Below, one piece after another: positions 10,731 through 23,500 of a stretch of DNA of 64,000 nt; within the stretch, counting starts at the first letter, position 1, and each line of letters starts with the position of its first letter. Made by a program: the position numbers and the translations under genes. The stretch comes from Paragordius varius (lineage: Eukaryota; Animalia; Nematomorpha), in contig OZ176050.1 in the NCBI GenBank assembly GCA_964247055.1, positions 9,052,001-9,116,000 on the forward strand. The letters are read 5' to 3'. The notes under the pieces were generated by a model that saw only the letters and a list, made by a program, of their open reading frames with translations, did no database searches and was not told where the DNA came from.

Positions 10731-13700
10731 ATGGGACGTGCTCAATTCGAATATGATCAAAGTGGAGGAACATCATATTATTTTATTACAACATTCGTTT
10801 TATTCACCCTAATTCCAGCCACATATTATTTTTGGCCCAGGAAAAAACGTGAAAGTATAATATATTTCATAGATATTTAGGTAAGAAATCAGAGGAAGAT
10901 TGCCATTGTGATGGATGCATTATCAAAACAAAAAACTTAAATAAGATTAGTCCACAAAGCAATTTAAAGAATACTTTGATGTAAATTAAAATTTAATATA
11001 TATGGTAGAAAATTTCTTATTATCCTTGTTTGGATTTTATTTTTGTATATCGCATATACATCGGCTAAAATTGAAAGAAACTATGCGGAATACGATCCCT
11101 ATGCTATATTAGAATTGGATAAGGTAATGATTTCTAAAACCCTATTAAATTACACTATATAGTATTTTAGAGGACAATATTTTTAAACTCTCAATATTAT
11201 TTATATTCTCAACCTTATTTTTGAATTATAAACTATTTTAAATATATATATATTAGGGTGCCTCAACATCAGAAATCAAAAAGAAATACCGGCAGTTAAG
11301 TGCGAAATTCCATCCCGATGTCAAAGAAACTGGTGATCATGATAAATTTATGAAAATAGCAAAAGCTTATGCGGCGTACGTAGATTTATTTTATAAAATC
11401 AATTAATAGTAATATACAGAATGCATTGTAATGGTTGCTTATTTCACACTATAGTTGGGCAATCTGCACCAGTAGTGAATGGAAAAAAGAAAGGAAATAT
11501 TTATTCAACGTTTTGTTGTTTTTTCTATACGCTACTGTGTTGCAAATTGCCCAACTAAAGTGTGAAATAACCATCCAATAAAATGCATACTGTATGTTTT
11601 AATTATATTTTCCAATTTTTTTAGTTTAACGGACGAAGCATCCAGAAAAAATTGGGAAGAGTTTGGAAATCCGGATGGACCCACTGGTAAATTTGTTTAC
11701 TTAATTTACACAAAATTTGATTAAATTTATTTAATAAAGCTCTTGGTAAATTTATTAAATTATAAATTATTTTAAAATATTTGTAAATATTTTTTCCCAT
11801 TACTTTAGCTACAACATTTGGTATTGCTTTACCAGCGTGGATTGTTGAAAAAGGGAATTCGATATGGGTAATATATTTTTAATTTTTTTACCTTATTCAA
11901 AAAATGTATAATTGAATTGCCATTAAATTTTATCTGATACATTATTGACTATTGCGTTAATTTTTTTTAATGTTTAATACAGGTCTTATCCGCATACGTG
12001 CTCGTTTTTATGATCATTCTACCCGTTATTGTTGTAAGTTTAGCTTTTTGTCTATTGTTATATAAATAAACGGAATATAATATTATTATATTTAGTTTTT
12101 TAACCATTAAAATATATTGTTTTATGTTAGGGAACATGGTGGTACAAATCTATCAAATACAGCGGTGATAAAGTTCTAATTGATACAACGCAAATGTATA
12201 TGTACTTCTTTCATAAAACTCCAAATATGATGCTTAAAAGTAAACTAATACTTTTTTTGATATTTATTTTAAATCTACTCATGATTTGTCAATATAAGTT
12301 TTACTTTTCTTTACAGTTTGCATTAGAGTTATTATTGTTTAATATAATATCTTTTTTATGAGTTTGTAGTTTTTTTTTGCGGAGACTTAGTTGTAACTAA
12401 TTTACATAATGGGTTTTTATATTTTAATTACTCTTTTGATGCCATATTTTATTTAATATATATAAGGCGGTGTTTTGAACAAAAGTAACGGATCAATTTA
12501 AACCGCATATATTATTATTTGAAATAAGATTAAAGAATTTTTTATATTTAGGAGTTTTAATGATCCTTGCCGCATCATTTGAGTTTTGCAAATTTTATAA
12601 CACAGAAATCCATGAAAGGCCTAGTGATAATTTAGAATTACCTCAAGTACTCTTATATAAATGATTTTATAATCGATAATAACGATAAAATTAATTTATT
12701 TTAAAATTTTTGGGTCTAAACAATAATGTAAAAATGTTTTTATTATTGAAGTGTCGATTTGTGGATATTTCTGTGTATTTTCACCAGTTTGTTTGCATTG
12801 TTCGGGGAATCAGTTGATGTATGACTACTTGGTTTTTTCGATCAAATCATTCAATGTCTTTTCTGGAACCTTAGACTTTTCATGTCATCAGCTGGTATTT
12901 TAAGTTATTATTTTAGGACATGTGTCGAACAAACGTATGTCGGTTTCGATTTTATAAAGAATTTCAATGATTTATTTTATCCTTCCAATCGATTCGCGGC
13001 ATCTTTTTTCAACGCTACATTTCGAATGCAGCATATAACTTCACATTGTTCCTTCATTAATTTTCGAATAAATTAGGATCCGGTTTAGTTTATAAAATCA
13101 AACCCCTTCGAAATTTTTTAATCAGCCCATGTTTGACAATAAAACTTTCATAATCAGCTGATGGCAGGGAAAGTAGATAATAAGCGAAACGCGTCAGATT
13201 GATGATCGTGGAACTGATTCAACAACTGATTTCCCCACATCTAACCGCAACAACTGGTCGAAATACATTTACGAGATAAGCGGCAAATCGACATCCTTGT
13301 CTATAAAAACAATAATAATTTTAAACTTGCTTTGAATTATTGGAAAAAAATCTTGATAAATAAATTGATTTTGTCGCTACTACTGTAAATAAAATGATTA
13401 GATTCTTTATCGACCAATCTTTAATAACTGATTTTTCTTCATTTAGCTATTGAAAAGGCTTACAAATTTGAATGAAAAAAATAAGGAAAGACCGCTATCT
13501 GCTCCTTACAGTGTTAAAGCACGCATTTTGCTCCATGCTCATCTCACGCGTTTAGATTTACCTCCAAACACTTTGGAATTGGGTTTCAATATAAAACTAT
13601 ATTTTTTTACAATAGTAGCACTTGACTATAAATTTGCGTTATTTAATTATCTTTTATGTTATTTTAGACAAACAATATATTTTGAAAAAGTGCCCCCCTT

Positions 13701-16700
13701 TATTGAATGAAATGGTTAATTGTGTGGCACAATTAATGGCGCTTGCAAGTTCTGGACGAAGTATGATTGCACAAAATTTATAAAAAAATATTTCGATATT
13801 CACTAAATCCAACTCACTTTTATCCATTATTTTATTTTACTTTACAATATCGCAGTTCAACACAGTCCAAGGTTAGAAACGATGGAAAATGTTATAAAAA
13901 CATCTCAAATGATAATTCAGGGTTTATGGGAATTTAAAAGCCCTTTGTTACAATTGCCACACATTACGGAGGATACATTGAAACATTGTATTAATAAAAG
14001 GGTATTTTAACATATATTTATTACGGTAATAATTGAAATATGAAAGCGTAAAAAACCTAGAACCTTAATTCATAATATGACTCATATTGTGTTGCAAAAT
14101 AATTGATACAGATGTGGAACACACTCAAATATATATATATATTATATATATATCAAAATTATATTTATACTTAAGAAAATAAGGGTTAAATATCTTTAGT
14201 TTTACGTTTTGTATGTATGATATTAATTTTTACTGTAAATATAAAATTTAGTATTCAATAAGAACTATCAAAGATATGGTGACTATGAAAGAAAATGATC
14301 GAAAACACCTATTATCAAAGTTGATTGATAAAGAGTACAAAGATATATGTTTTGTTTTATCCCGTATGCCTCACGTGGATATTGACATTACATTTAAGGG
14401 TAAGATATTTAATGTTGGTATTTTAAAAGTTTATATTAAAAGATTTTTTTGCATAGGACATTTTATTTTTTATTTTAATTATAGAATGTGATATAATATA
14501 AAATGTGTGTGTTAGAAATTTACATCTATTTTTCTCTTGTCGCAATTTATAACAACAGAAGATAATCTTTAAAAAAATTAAATTTGATTTTTTTAATACA
14601 TATTTGGTTTTTACCGTACATTATATTGGTTATAAAAATGTGTACATTATGATCTTACCCAAATTATTAGATTAATATTAAATAAATTTATAAACTTTGT
14701 CAAAAATTCCGTGAGATAGCAGTCAAAGTAAACGAAAAAAAAAACAAAAAATCAAAAATTAACGTATAAAACATTATCGATTCCATAAATTATCTATCAC
14801 ACATTAAATAATTAGTTATTGATGATGAGGATACTCAAACTATAACAGCCAATAGTATTGTAACTGCGACAGTAACATTGACACGTAAATCAATGTCCGT
14901 TTTTATGAATGATTCTTCTCATACAGCAAATGGTATTGATGAACAACAGCAAACTATTACACATAATAATAATAATAATTTTACTGGTCAACAAAATAAA
15001 AAAATGGAAAATCGCCTATCAAACGGGTTTGTGGGAAATAAACCGATTACCGTCATAGAAAATGAGGTTTATAAGGGTTTCAATTACTTATAGGAGCGTA
15101 ATTCGGCCCAATATTTATTTATTTATGCCAATTTAATTAATGTTTTTTTATGTATATGGCTATAATTTTTCATCTTTTTGATTTGTTATAAATCAATGTT
15201 TGTGCCGATCGTTATTAGTTATATTTGAGAAACTACTCTCCATCATTGCATAAACACATTTTTATGAATTATATGTGCAATACGAGAACAGTCGTATTCT
15301 AGTTTTTCTATTAACAAAAATAAACACTTATAAAACTTATAATATGGCTGTTCCCTGAAGTAATATAAATATAAAATTTTAATTTTTATTATTTTTAGGC
15401 TGAAAATGATGATGAAGCCCTGGATTCTGATACACAAAAACCGACAAAACAACCCGTCTATAAACCAAAAAAGAAAAATTTCCCCAACAAAAAAAATAAA
15501 AAGAAAAATCAAAATATTAAAAATGTATAATTTATTGTATTTATAATTTACTAAAATAGTTAAAATTGTTGTTTTAAGATATTTTGTTAAAAATAAGTAT
15601 TAGATATTTAAATTTTATTTAATTAATTTGAATATATGTAAACAGAAACAATCAACCCAAGTCAAAGAAAAACTTGCCATATCTAACAAGGAAAACCCTA
15701 AAGAGGATGAAAAACCAAACGAAAATATAAAAGAGTAGGCAGTTTGTTGATTATAAAAATATCTATAAATTGAAAAAAAATGAATATTCGGACACACATT
15801 GTAATTTGCTTTATAACAATTAAGAAACTATGGTGATTTACAGTAAAAATTAATTTTATAAAGACCAAACGGTTTAAATCAAAAGACCACATAAATTTTG
15901 AATATTTCGATATGTCCTATATGATTATTGTAAGTGTATAATTGACTGTGGAACCAATTTACATTTTTTATTCACATTTTGCTACCCAGAAAGATAAGGT
16001 TTAATTAAAAAATGGATAAACTTCTAGTTTTGATTTTTCTTTATAATTTCAATCCAGGAAAAAAGAAACCACTAACAAAAATGAAAGTGACAGCGAATCC
16101 ATGTCGCAAACTAGCCCAAGTAGTACCGATAGTGAAGAATATTCCAGCCAAGACGAAGATGGTAAAGGTGGCGTCTTATAAATATTATATTTGACATTAT
16201 CTTAACAATCTCTTATCATTATTAATCCGATACAGGGGTGTCCAATACAAATGGCTTTGCGGGCTGCATTCGTATAAATTGGCACTAATTGTATATATAT
16301 TAGATTTTACACATATGACTGTAAAAAACAATATAAAAAAATTTTCTAGTTCGTCGCCAATTTAAAATTCGGAAAATTTGTTTAAATATAATCAATTTTA
16401 CCACGATATGTGAGCATATATTTTGTGTAAGATTTTTAAATTTTTTGCTAGCCGCATATAATGTCTCTGAGAGCCGCATGCGGCCCATACAATATGGATA
16501 AAACTTTGTTTTTTATTATATTTTTTCCGATAAAAAAAAAATCAGTAATTTAACCTAAATAACGTTTTATTTTAGACTCTCTATAAAAAATTATTATAAT
16601 TTAATTGTTTTTATTAGATATGATAAATAAAAATTTATTTATGTTTGTATATTAATATAATATAGAAGAATTCAAAAATATAGAGTAAATATCAGTCCAT

Positions 16701-19498
16701 ATATTTTGTTTCGTGAAAAAAATCTATTTTAATTTACAGCCATGAAATAATATTATATAGTACTAATATATTTGTTAAATATTTTTTAAAAATTAATATA
16801 GATTTGGAAACTAAACAAGAATTGGAAGAGGCTATGGCAATGGCTGCTTTTGAGGCGGCAGACGATTCCTGTGGATCATGTGATGGCGGTATCCCATATG
16901 GTGCTAATGCGCCTTTGATGTTTGGTAAAATTGTGCCGAAAGGTAAGAAAACGGTTGAACATAACTCACCCTCTGAAAGTACCGAAATAGATAATCACAA
17001 AGCTAAAACACAATCGCACAAAGAATCAAGTATTATGCTTTAAAATTTGGTAACATTGGTTTTGGTTAAAATCAAAATTTTATTATACATACATAAATTA
17101 TATGTGCAGATATAAAAACGAAAGCATCTGAAAAATCTAGCAAGATTGGCAAAAAAACAAAAGGTTTATATTTAGAATATTGTATCTATTGTTTTGATTT
17201 ATTTAATAATTTTAACAAAAATGATGTTAAACACAAATTTAGTTCACCAATTTACATTTTTCACATATTCGTGTCCTATTTATTTTGTTATTAACTCTCT
17301 ATATTTGTTATTACAATTTTTGACATTACTTCAAACATGTTTCATTTGCAAGTTAAACTATGCCTAAAGAAGGCTCCGAAAACAATTATATATTCCCTTT
17401 TCCAGATAAAGAACCAGGTGTTGGAAAAAAGAATGGCACAACAAAAGAACCCGATAAAAGCGACGCTGAGTCAAATCATGAAAAAGAAAATAGGAATAAA
17501 AAGCATTCATCAGAAGCCGGAAACGATAACAATAATGAAATGGACGACGATGACGATGAGTTGTGGGATGAGGAATTCCAACGGGATCTCCGGAAACAGG
17601 AAAAAGTCCTGTTTGAAGGAAATAAACCGCTTGATATTTTTGAAGTCCATGCACCATATTTCCCTGAAGTAATCATTGTTTTTGCTTTACTTGGGTTTTG
17701 GATTTATGGGAAAATGATTGGGAGGTGTTATTTATCATAATAAAAGTTTAAATCGCGGACAATACATTTTAATTTCTTTGCAAACATATGGATGGCCCGT
17801 TTTTATTTTTTTATTTAGGGTTTTATCAAAAAATATAAAGCTATCTTTTTTTCAAACGACTTAGCCGTTTGTTACAAATACAAAGTGTACTATAAAAATG
17901 ACTATATTTTAGCACTCAAAAATAATGATTTTTATTACGTCTTAACTTATTTTACGTAGAAAAAATTTGAGAGATGGTGGCTTTATATGGCAGATCGTAA
18001 ACATAGTTCCCTCATAACTGCGCCAGTTTACATCACTAGCCTCAATGAATCTGAAGAAGTATTTAAAGCAATTAGTTATTAAAAACAATTTTTTATTAAA
18101 TGATCCGTTTCATTTTAGTTTCTGTGCACTAATTATATATTTTTAATATTATTAGTTTCAACTTAAATTCCCAGCCCCACCCAAATCCGGTTTATATGTA
18201 TTTTCCGTGGTTGTAAAATCGGATTCATATTTGGATTGCGATTTTTCTCGTACCATAAAGGTATCATTTCATGCACTTATTTCACATAATGGGTAAATTG
18301 TTAACAAGGGATGTTTTAACCCATTAAATATTTTTAATCCAGAAAATTTTGTGGTTTTTTCTTGTTTTATTTATTTTCCTTGCTTAACATTTTTATTTAT
18401 ATTAATTTGTCAAATGTTTTTTAGGTTTTAATCTTTGAAAAAAAATTGAGTATTTTGCCGAAAAATAATATTTCTACCCATTTATTAATTCTATCTTTTA
18501 TGTTTTAGATTATGTATAATTATTTATTCCCCCCCCCCCCAAAAAAAAAAATAAAGGATGTTTTAATCATGTGTGTTTTTTTTGTTGTTTAGTTGGATGT
18601 TAAAGAGGAAAAGGTGATGGATAAACATCATCCACAATGGGATATTTCTGAGAGCGATAATGAAGGGGGTGGCGATGCTTTTGCCGATTTCTTCAAGGCC
18701 GGTGGGCGGACCAGAACCAAAAAGTTAGTTTTGGACAAAAAATATAATTATTTTTTAATTTTATGATGCATACGCCGCCTGTTTGATTTACACTATGAAA
18801 ATTTAGATTTTAACCTTTAAGTTTATATCTAAAAACAGGGGATATTTTGCTGTTTTTTAACCATTGTCTTTCTAATTTGGTGATTCAATTATTCAACGCG
18901 GTTATAGCAAGTGTTATTAACCGGATTTGATTTATATAATATCTATTTTTATCATTACCCGAATAATAATGTTATTCCATAACTCTTTGATACCTTTGAT
19001 AAAATCAATAAATGGGGGCCATAAAAAGAAATATTTCAAACTTGTTTATAGGAAGTTATCCTATTATTTTGTTTTTAAATCTAGAAAACGATCTTCTGGA
19101 TCATCATCCGATTCCGAATCTGACAGTGAAAATCGTGTAAATAGCAGTTCTAATCCCAAAAAGTATAATACCTTATAATGAAAAATTTAAAATATTTTAT
19201 AATTTGAAAATATGACTATTTATTGGTGAAAAAAATTTCTATACTATACATGTTTAGAATTTTTTTTAATTTTAAAAAATTTATTGCATTATATAAAAAT
19301 GTTCGTTTTGATAAAATTGATTGGAATGGTTTAATCAGAATTTAATCAATATCTGTAATACATCGATGGAAAAGGAGGCTAAAATTTTATAAATGCATTC
19401 CATATATCATACTTTTTAGAAAACATCATTTATCGGATATGGAATATACAACTGAAGAGGAGAGTGAGGATCCTACGGAAAATAAAAAGACCAATTAA
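10731..19498 (+). CDS. SEC63: Translocation protein SEC63 (J domain, Sec63/Brl domain), about 20 or more exons
   Basis: MGRAQFEYDQSGGTSYYF...IPATYYFWP; J domain YDPYAILEL..GASTSEIKKKYRQLSAKFHPD; LTDEASRKNWEEFGNPDGP; FGIALPAWIVEK; KARILLHAHLTR; QGLWEFKSPLLQLPH; VHAPYFPE; ERWWLYMAD; LKFPAPPKSG...SDSYLDCD; acidic tail ending TAA at 19498. Confidence 0.96.
12751..13296 (+). mobile_element. Degenerate Penelope-like element relic in a SEC63 intron (inverted pseudo-LTR pair, hammerhead-like motif)
   Basis: CTGATGG (13158-13164) ... GAAACGCGTC (13186-13195) on plus. A diverged inverted copy of 13155-13293 lies at 12751-12895, with CTGATGA on minus at 12885-12891. Between them is a weak GIY-YIG-like string, GILSYYFRTCVEQTYVG. 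Confidence 0.55.
16233..16505. mobile_element. hAT-type MITE remnant in a SEC63 intron
   Basis: Starts CAGGGGTGTCCAA and contains GCGGGCTGCATT and GAGCCGCATGCGGCCC, like the copy at 20131. The right end is degenerate and its coordinate approximate. Confidence 0.55.
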
Positions 19499-20130
19499 AC
19501 ACAGTTTCCAATCTCATTTTATTTGAATGAAATGGGTATAACATACATTATAACGCAACACTTGTGGATAGTCATATTTATTATTTCAAATTCTATATTC
19601 CTCGTTTACCATTCATTCATTTAGTAGACGAATAAAATTTTGTAATGCCTTCATTAAACTATTATTATTATATTAGCAATTTTGATTGATGCAGTGAGGT
19701 GTTTGCCTATAAAAAAACAACCATTTTTTAAAACTTTTCATATGACTGATTAATTTTATTTACATAGATGCAATTATTTTTATATTAATTAGCCCATTTA
19801 TATACTTTATATGTTGTCAACGTTATCTCTTTTACAAACTATTATTACTATGATTTTTGGCATCATCAAATCTGTCATTACCATTCATTTATTCATTGTA
19901 AACATTATTTATACAATTAGAATTAAATTTATTCGAAATAAACTAAAATTATATATATATATATATATATATATTAACGTCTCTTTTTTTTCATGTTATA
20001 TTAGGCAGGACTTGTGAAAGTTTTAACACTCGCCCGCTCATTGAGCAATGATGGAAAAAATGTGCAATTTCGGCGTTAGAGCTTAGTTCTTTCTACCCAG
20101 TGTAATAGTAGAGCGCCCTATTTATTACGC

Positions 20131-20387
20131 CAGGGGTGTCCTACAAATAGCTAGACTTAAAAAACAGCGGACCGTATTCGTACATATGGACTTTCAGACT
20201 TTAGGCAAAAGACTGAAAATGCAAACACAATGTAGCGATTTTTATAATTCTTGCCAACTGAATAGACTTTTTTTAAAAATTTGTTTAAGAAATATCAATT
20301 TTACTAAGATTTTATGTCCAAAATGAATTCCAATTTTTTTGGGGGCCATACACAATGTGTCGGAGAGCCGCGTGCTGGACACCACTC
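20131..20387. mobile_element. hAT-type MITE
   Basis: CAGGGGTGTCC ... GGACACCACTC imperfect TIRs; 8-bp flanks TATTACGC / TACTACGC. Confidence 0.75.
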
Positions 20388-20553
20388 TACTACGCCTTCG
20401 TTGTGTGTTTGTTCTATGATTAAACCAATAATTGATTGGTGACTTTAAATGTTGGCAAATTACTATGATTAATAATTCTTTTATCTACCAAGCTTAGATT
20501 GTAACATCAGTAACATAATAAGATTGGATGGAATATTTATTATGATATAATAT

Positions 20554-23500
20554 TTAATGAGGCGTTTCAAGATTTTCTAGCGATAACATGCTGTTGTACA
20601 ATGTTAGATTTGTCACATTGGCCCACTCCGGGAATTCATTAAATTTAAATAGGAGATTACCATAGGTATTTACAGCCAAAATGGAGATTGCGTATGAGAT
20701 GAGATTGGCGAAAATACCTGGAATAACCTAGATTACAAAAATGCCAAAATTAATTTTACCCCTCTTACCCAAGCTGTATCGAAATGCAGAACCCTTATAC
20801 TAATCTAATTTGAAAAGTATACGGCTAATAATCCGCATCATAAATTATAAAAATCTTAATTGACCTTACAATTGTTATATATTATTTGATAGCTTACGTT
20901 CTCCGGGAAGCACACACATATCTTATAAGTTATATTAAAAAAACTGTCAAAAATTGGAAAGCAGTATGATAGTCAGAATGAGCTAAATTAGTTAATAGGA
21001 TCTGTTTAAAAAGATATATTAAAAAATGAGGTGAGCTGCCGCCCTAGGTATATGTAAATGAAAAAAAAACCATTTCCCAAAAACTAAATTCTCCAACAGT
21101 GTAGGCTATAGCATTTGGGCCTGCGCTTATGGGTAACATGTATGAGAATGATGATGAATGTGTTATTGGTAGAGCAAAATACAAAGGGTTTTCTTTCAGC
21201 ACGATAGCCTATTTAATAATGATTAATTTCTTTATTTTACATATCTGACCTTAGTTTTTAATGGAAAAAAATGATAATAAAGTATACCAAATGTAATGTA
21301 ATTGGAATGAGTATACTAGCCGTGGCTACGTTATTTAACAATTCGGTTAAAATGGTGGAAAATGCGGAAAGGATGAGCAATTGTACTTTTTTGTCATTCA
21401 CGCTGACCTTGTCAAATAAATTTGCTATCCTTAGCGACAATCCTGAGTCCTATGAATGCGACATAAATGCTAACTTTTTAATTAATATTGTAAAATTTGC
21501 CCTATCAATTATAGGTTAAACCTTGATCATTAGGATATCTACATGCAGGTTTTTGAAAACTTATTTAATTTAAGGGATATTGACCAATGTAATAATTTAT
21601 GATTCACCATAAAATCTAACTGAAATTTTTTCTTTTTCGCTAAATGGGTATTATTTTTGGTAAAGAATGGAAAAAACAAGAGCTCTATGGTAATAACAAT
21701 ATCATATTCATTAAAAAAGTATAAAAATTATCATAGAGCTGTTTTTTCCATTCTTTAACAAATATTTATATCCATTTAACGAAAAAAATAAATTTTTGAT
21801 AAAATAAAAGGATACATCACTGTATTTGGTGCTTATTATGTATAAGGAAATATGTGATAAGTTTAAAAAGCAAACATTATTTGGGCAAAATGGTATAAAT
21901 ATTAGATTAAATAAAGATGCATCAAATATATTCAGTTTATGATCATTTTTTTGAATAAGCAATTGAACTTACAATAAAAGCCGCTCCAATAGCTAAACCG
22001 GAACCCATATACAGGATAACCTCCCAAAGAATTTTATTCTGTAATTTGTTCCAATACACAAGCGGTTGATACCTTAAATCTATCATTTCATTTATTGTGA
22101 TTTAATAGTTTATAAAATTAATTACAATAAATTAATTTTACAAAATTAATTTTTATTTTTTTTAAATACTTCCAGTCCATTGTGTAAGGGATCGATAATC
22201 TTTGGGTAATATGAATAATATGATGCACATCAAGATGGGGGGAGTTGAGTCTGTGATAAAGCTATTAAAAAAAAAATTTTTATTGGATTATTATTTTTGG
22301 AAGTTATTATTAAATTTTCGATAAAACAAAATATTAATATGCCTCTTAACGGGCGTAAAACATGAGGTTAACTATAAGTTTCAAAGCGTAAGGCGTCAAA
22401 CCACCAGCTACCTTAAATCATAACCTTCATTGGATTTTATTAACCCAATCTAGATATATGGTTAACATGTAATCTTAAATTAAAAAAATTAGTTGAATGC
22501 TGTTAATACAAACGGGAGATTTATATAATAAATAAACTAATGTTTGATATACCATTTACAGTTCAAATTTACTTTTAAACAATTCAAATTCACCCTTGAA
22601 CAATTCAAATTCACCCTCGAACAATTCAAATTCACCCTAAAAATAAATTATGAAATTTCGGTCTAATATAACTCATTGTTAAAATTAATTATATTTTTAT
22701 GGCAAAGTTTATTATTTTTTCAGTTTTATTTTGATTACATACAAAATTTCTTTTTTAAAAAATATAAAAAAGTATAGGTAATATATCATTTTAAAAAACA
22801 CATAATTTATATTAGGGTGAATTTGAAGTTCGAAGGTGAATTTGAATTGTTCAAGGGTGAATTTGAATTGTTCAAGGGTGGATTTAAATTGTTCAAGGGT
22901 GAATTTGAACTGTAAATGGTATATTAACTCAAATATAATTAAATTATTAAGGTATAATTCATAATCAGTTGTTACTCTATATATGCACACTTTATAATTC
23001 CTTGATATTACCGTTAACATATCAATATAGAAAAACTATATATTCTACTCATAAATGAAAAGATTAAGAATGCCAATGTTTTTAAATCAAATATGGACTT
23101 GTGTAATCAAGTGAAAATTTGAAATGTCAAAATTTAGTTATATGAACACAAAAAATAAAACTGTCATTTATATATAGTGACACTTTGGTGTAAATAGACT
23201 AATCCAACCAGGAAAGCTTTTAGGGTTTTGAAATCCCCAAAGTACCAGCAAAATGATAATCAGAACCCATATTGTGTATTCTTCACTCCTAATTTAATTT
23301 AAAAAAAATAAAGTATGTCAAATCAAATCACATCTAAAATTTAAATAAATGATCAGTGCTAGATATCAGTTACATCCATTTTGTTAATTTTATTATTTCT
23401 AATTTTTCGACCTCTGTACAAACTATTCAAAAATATCTAAAAAAATAGGCATATTTTATTTTTGAAGAGAGCAGATTTTTTGTTTTGAAGTATTAAAATG

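Noticed and set aside
22712-23020. ORF with EQFKFTL repeats (also 9528-9728, 25285-25482, 25588-25773)
   Set aside because: It is a translation of the 21-bp MITE subterminal repeats.
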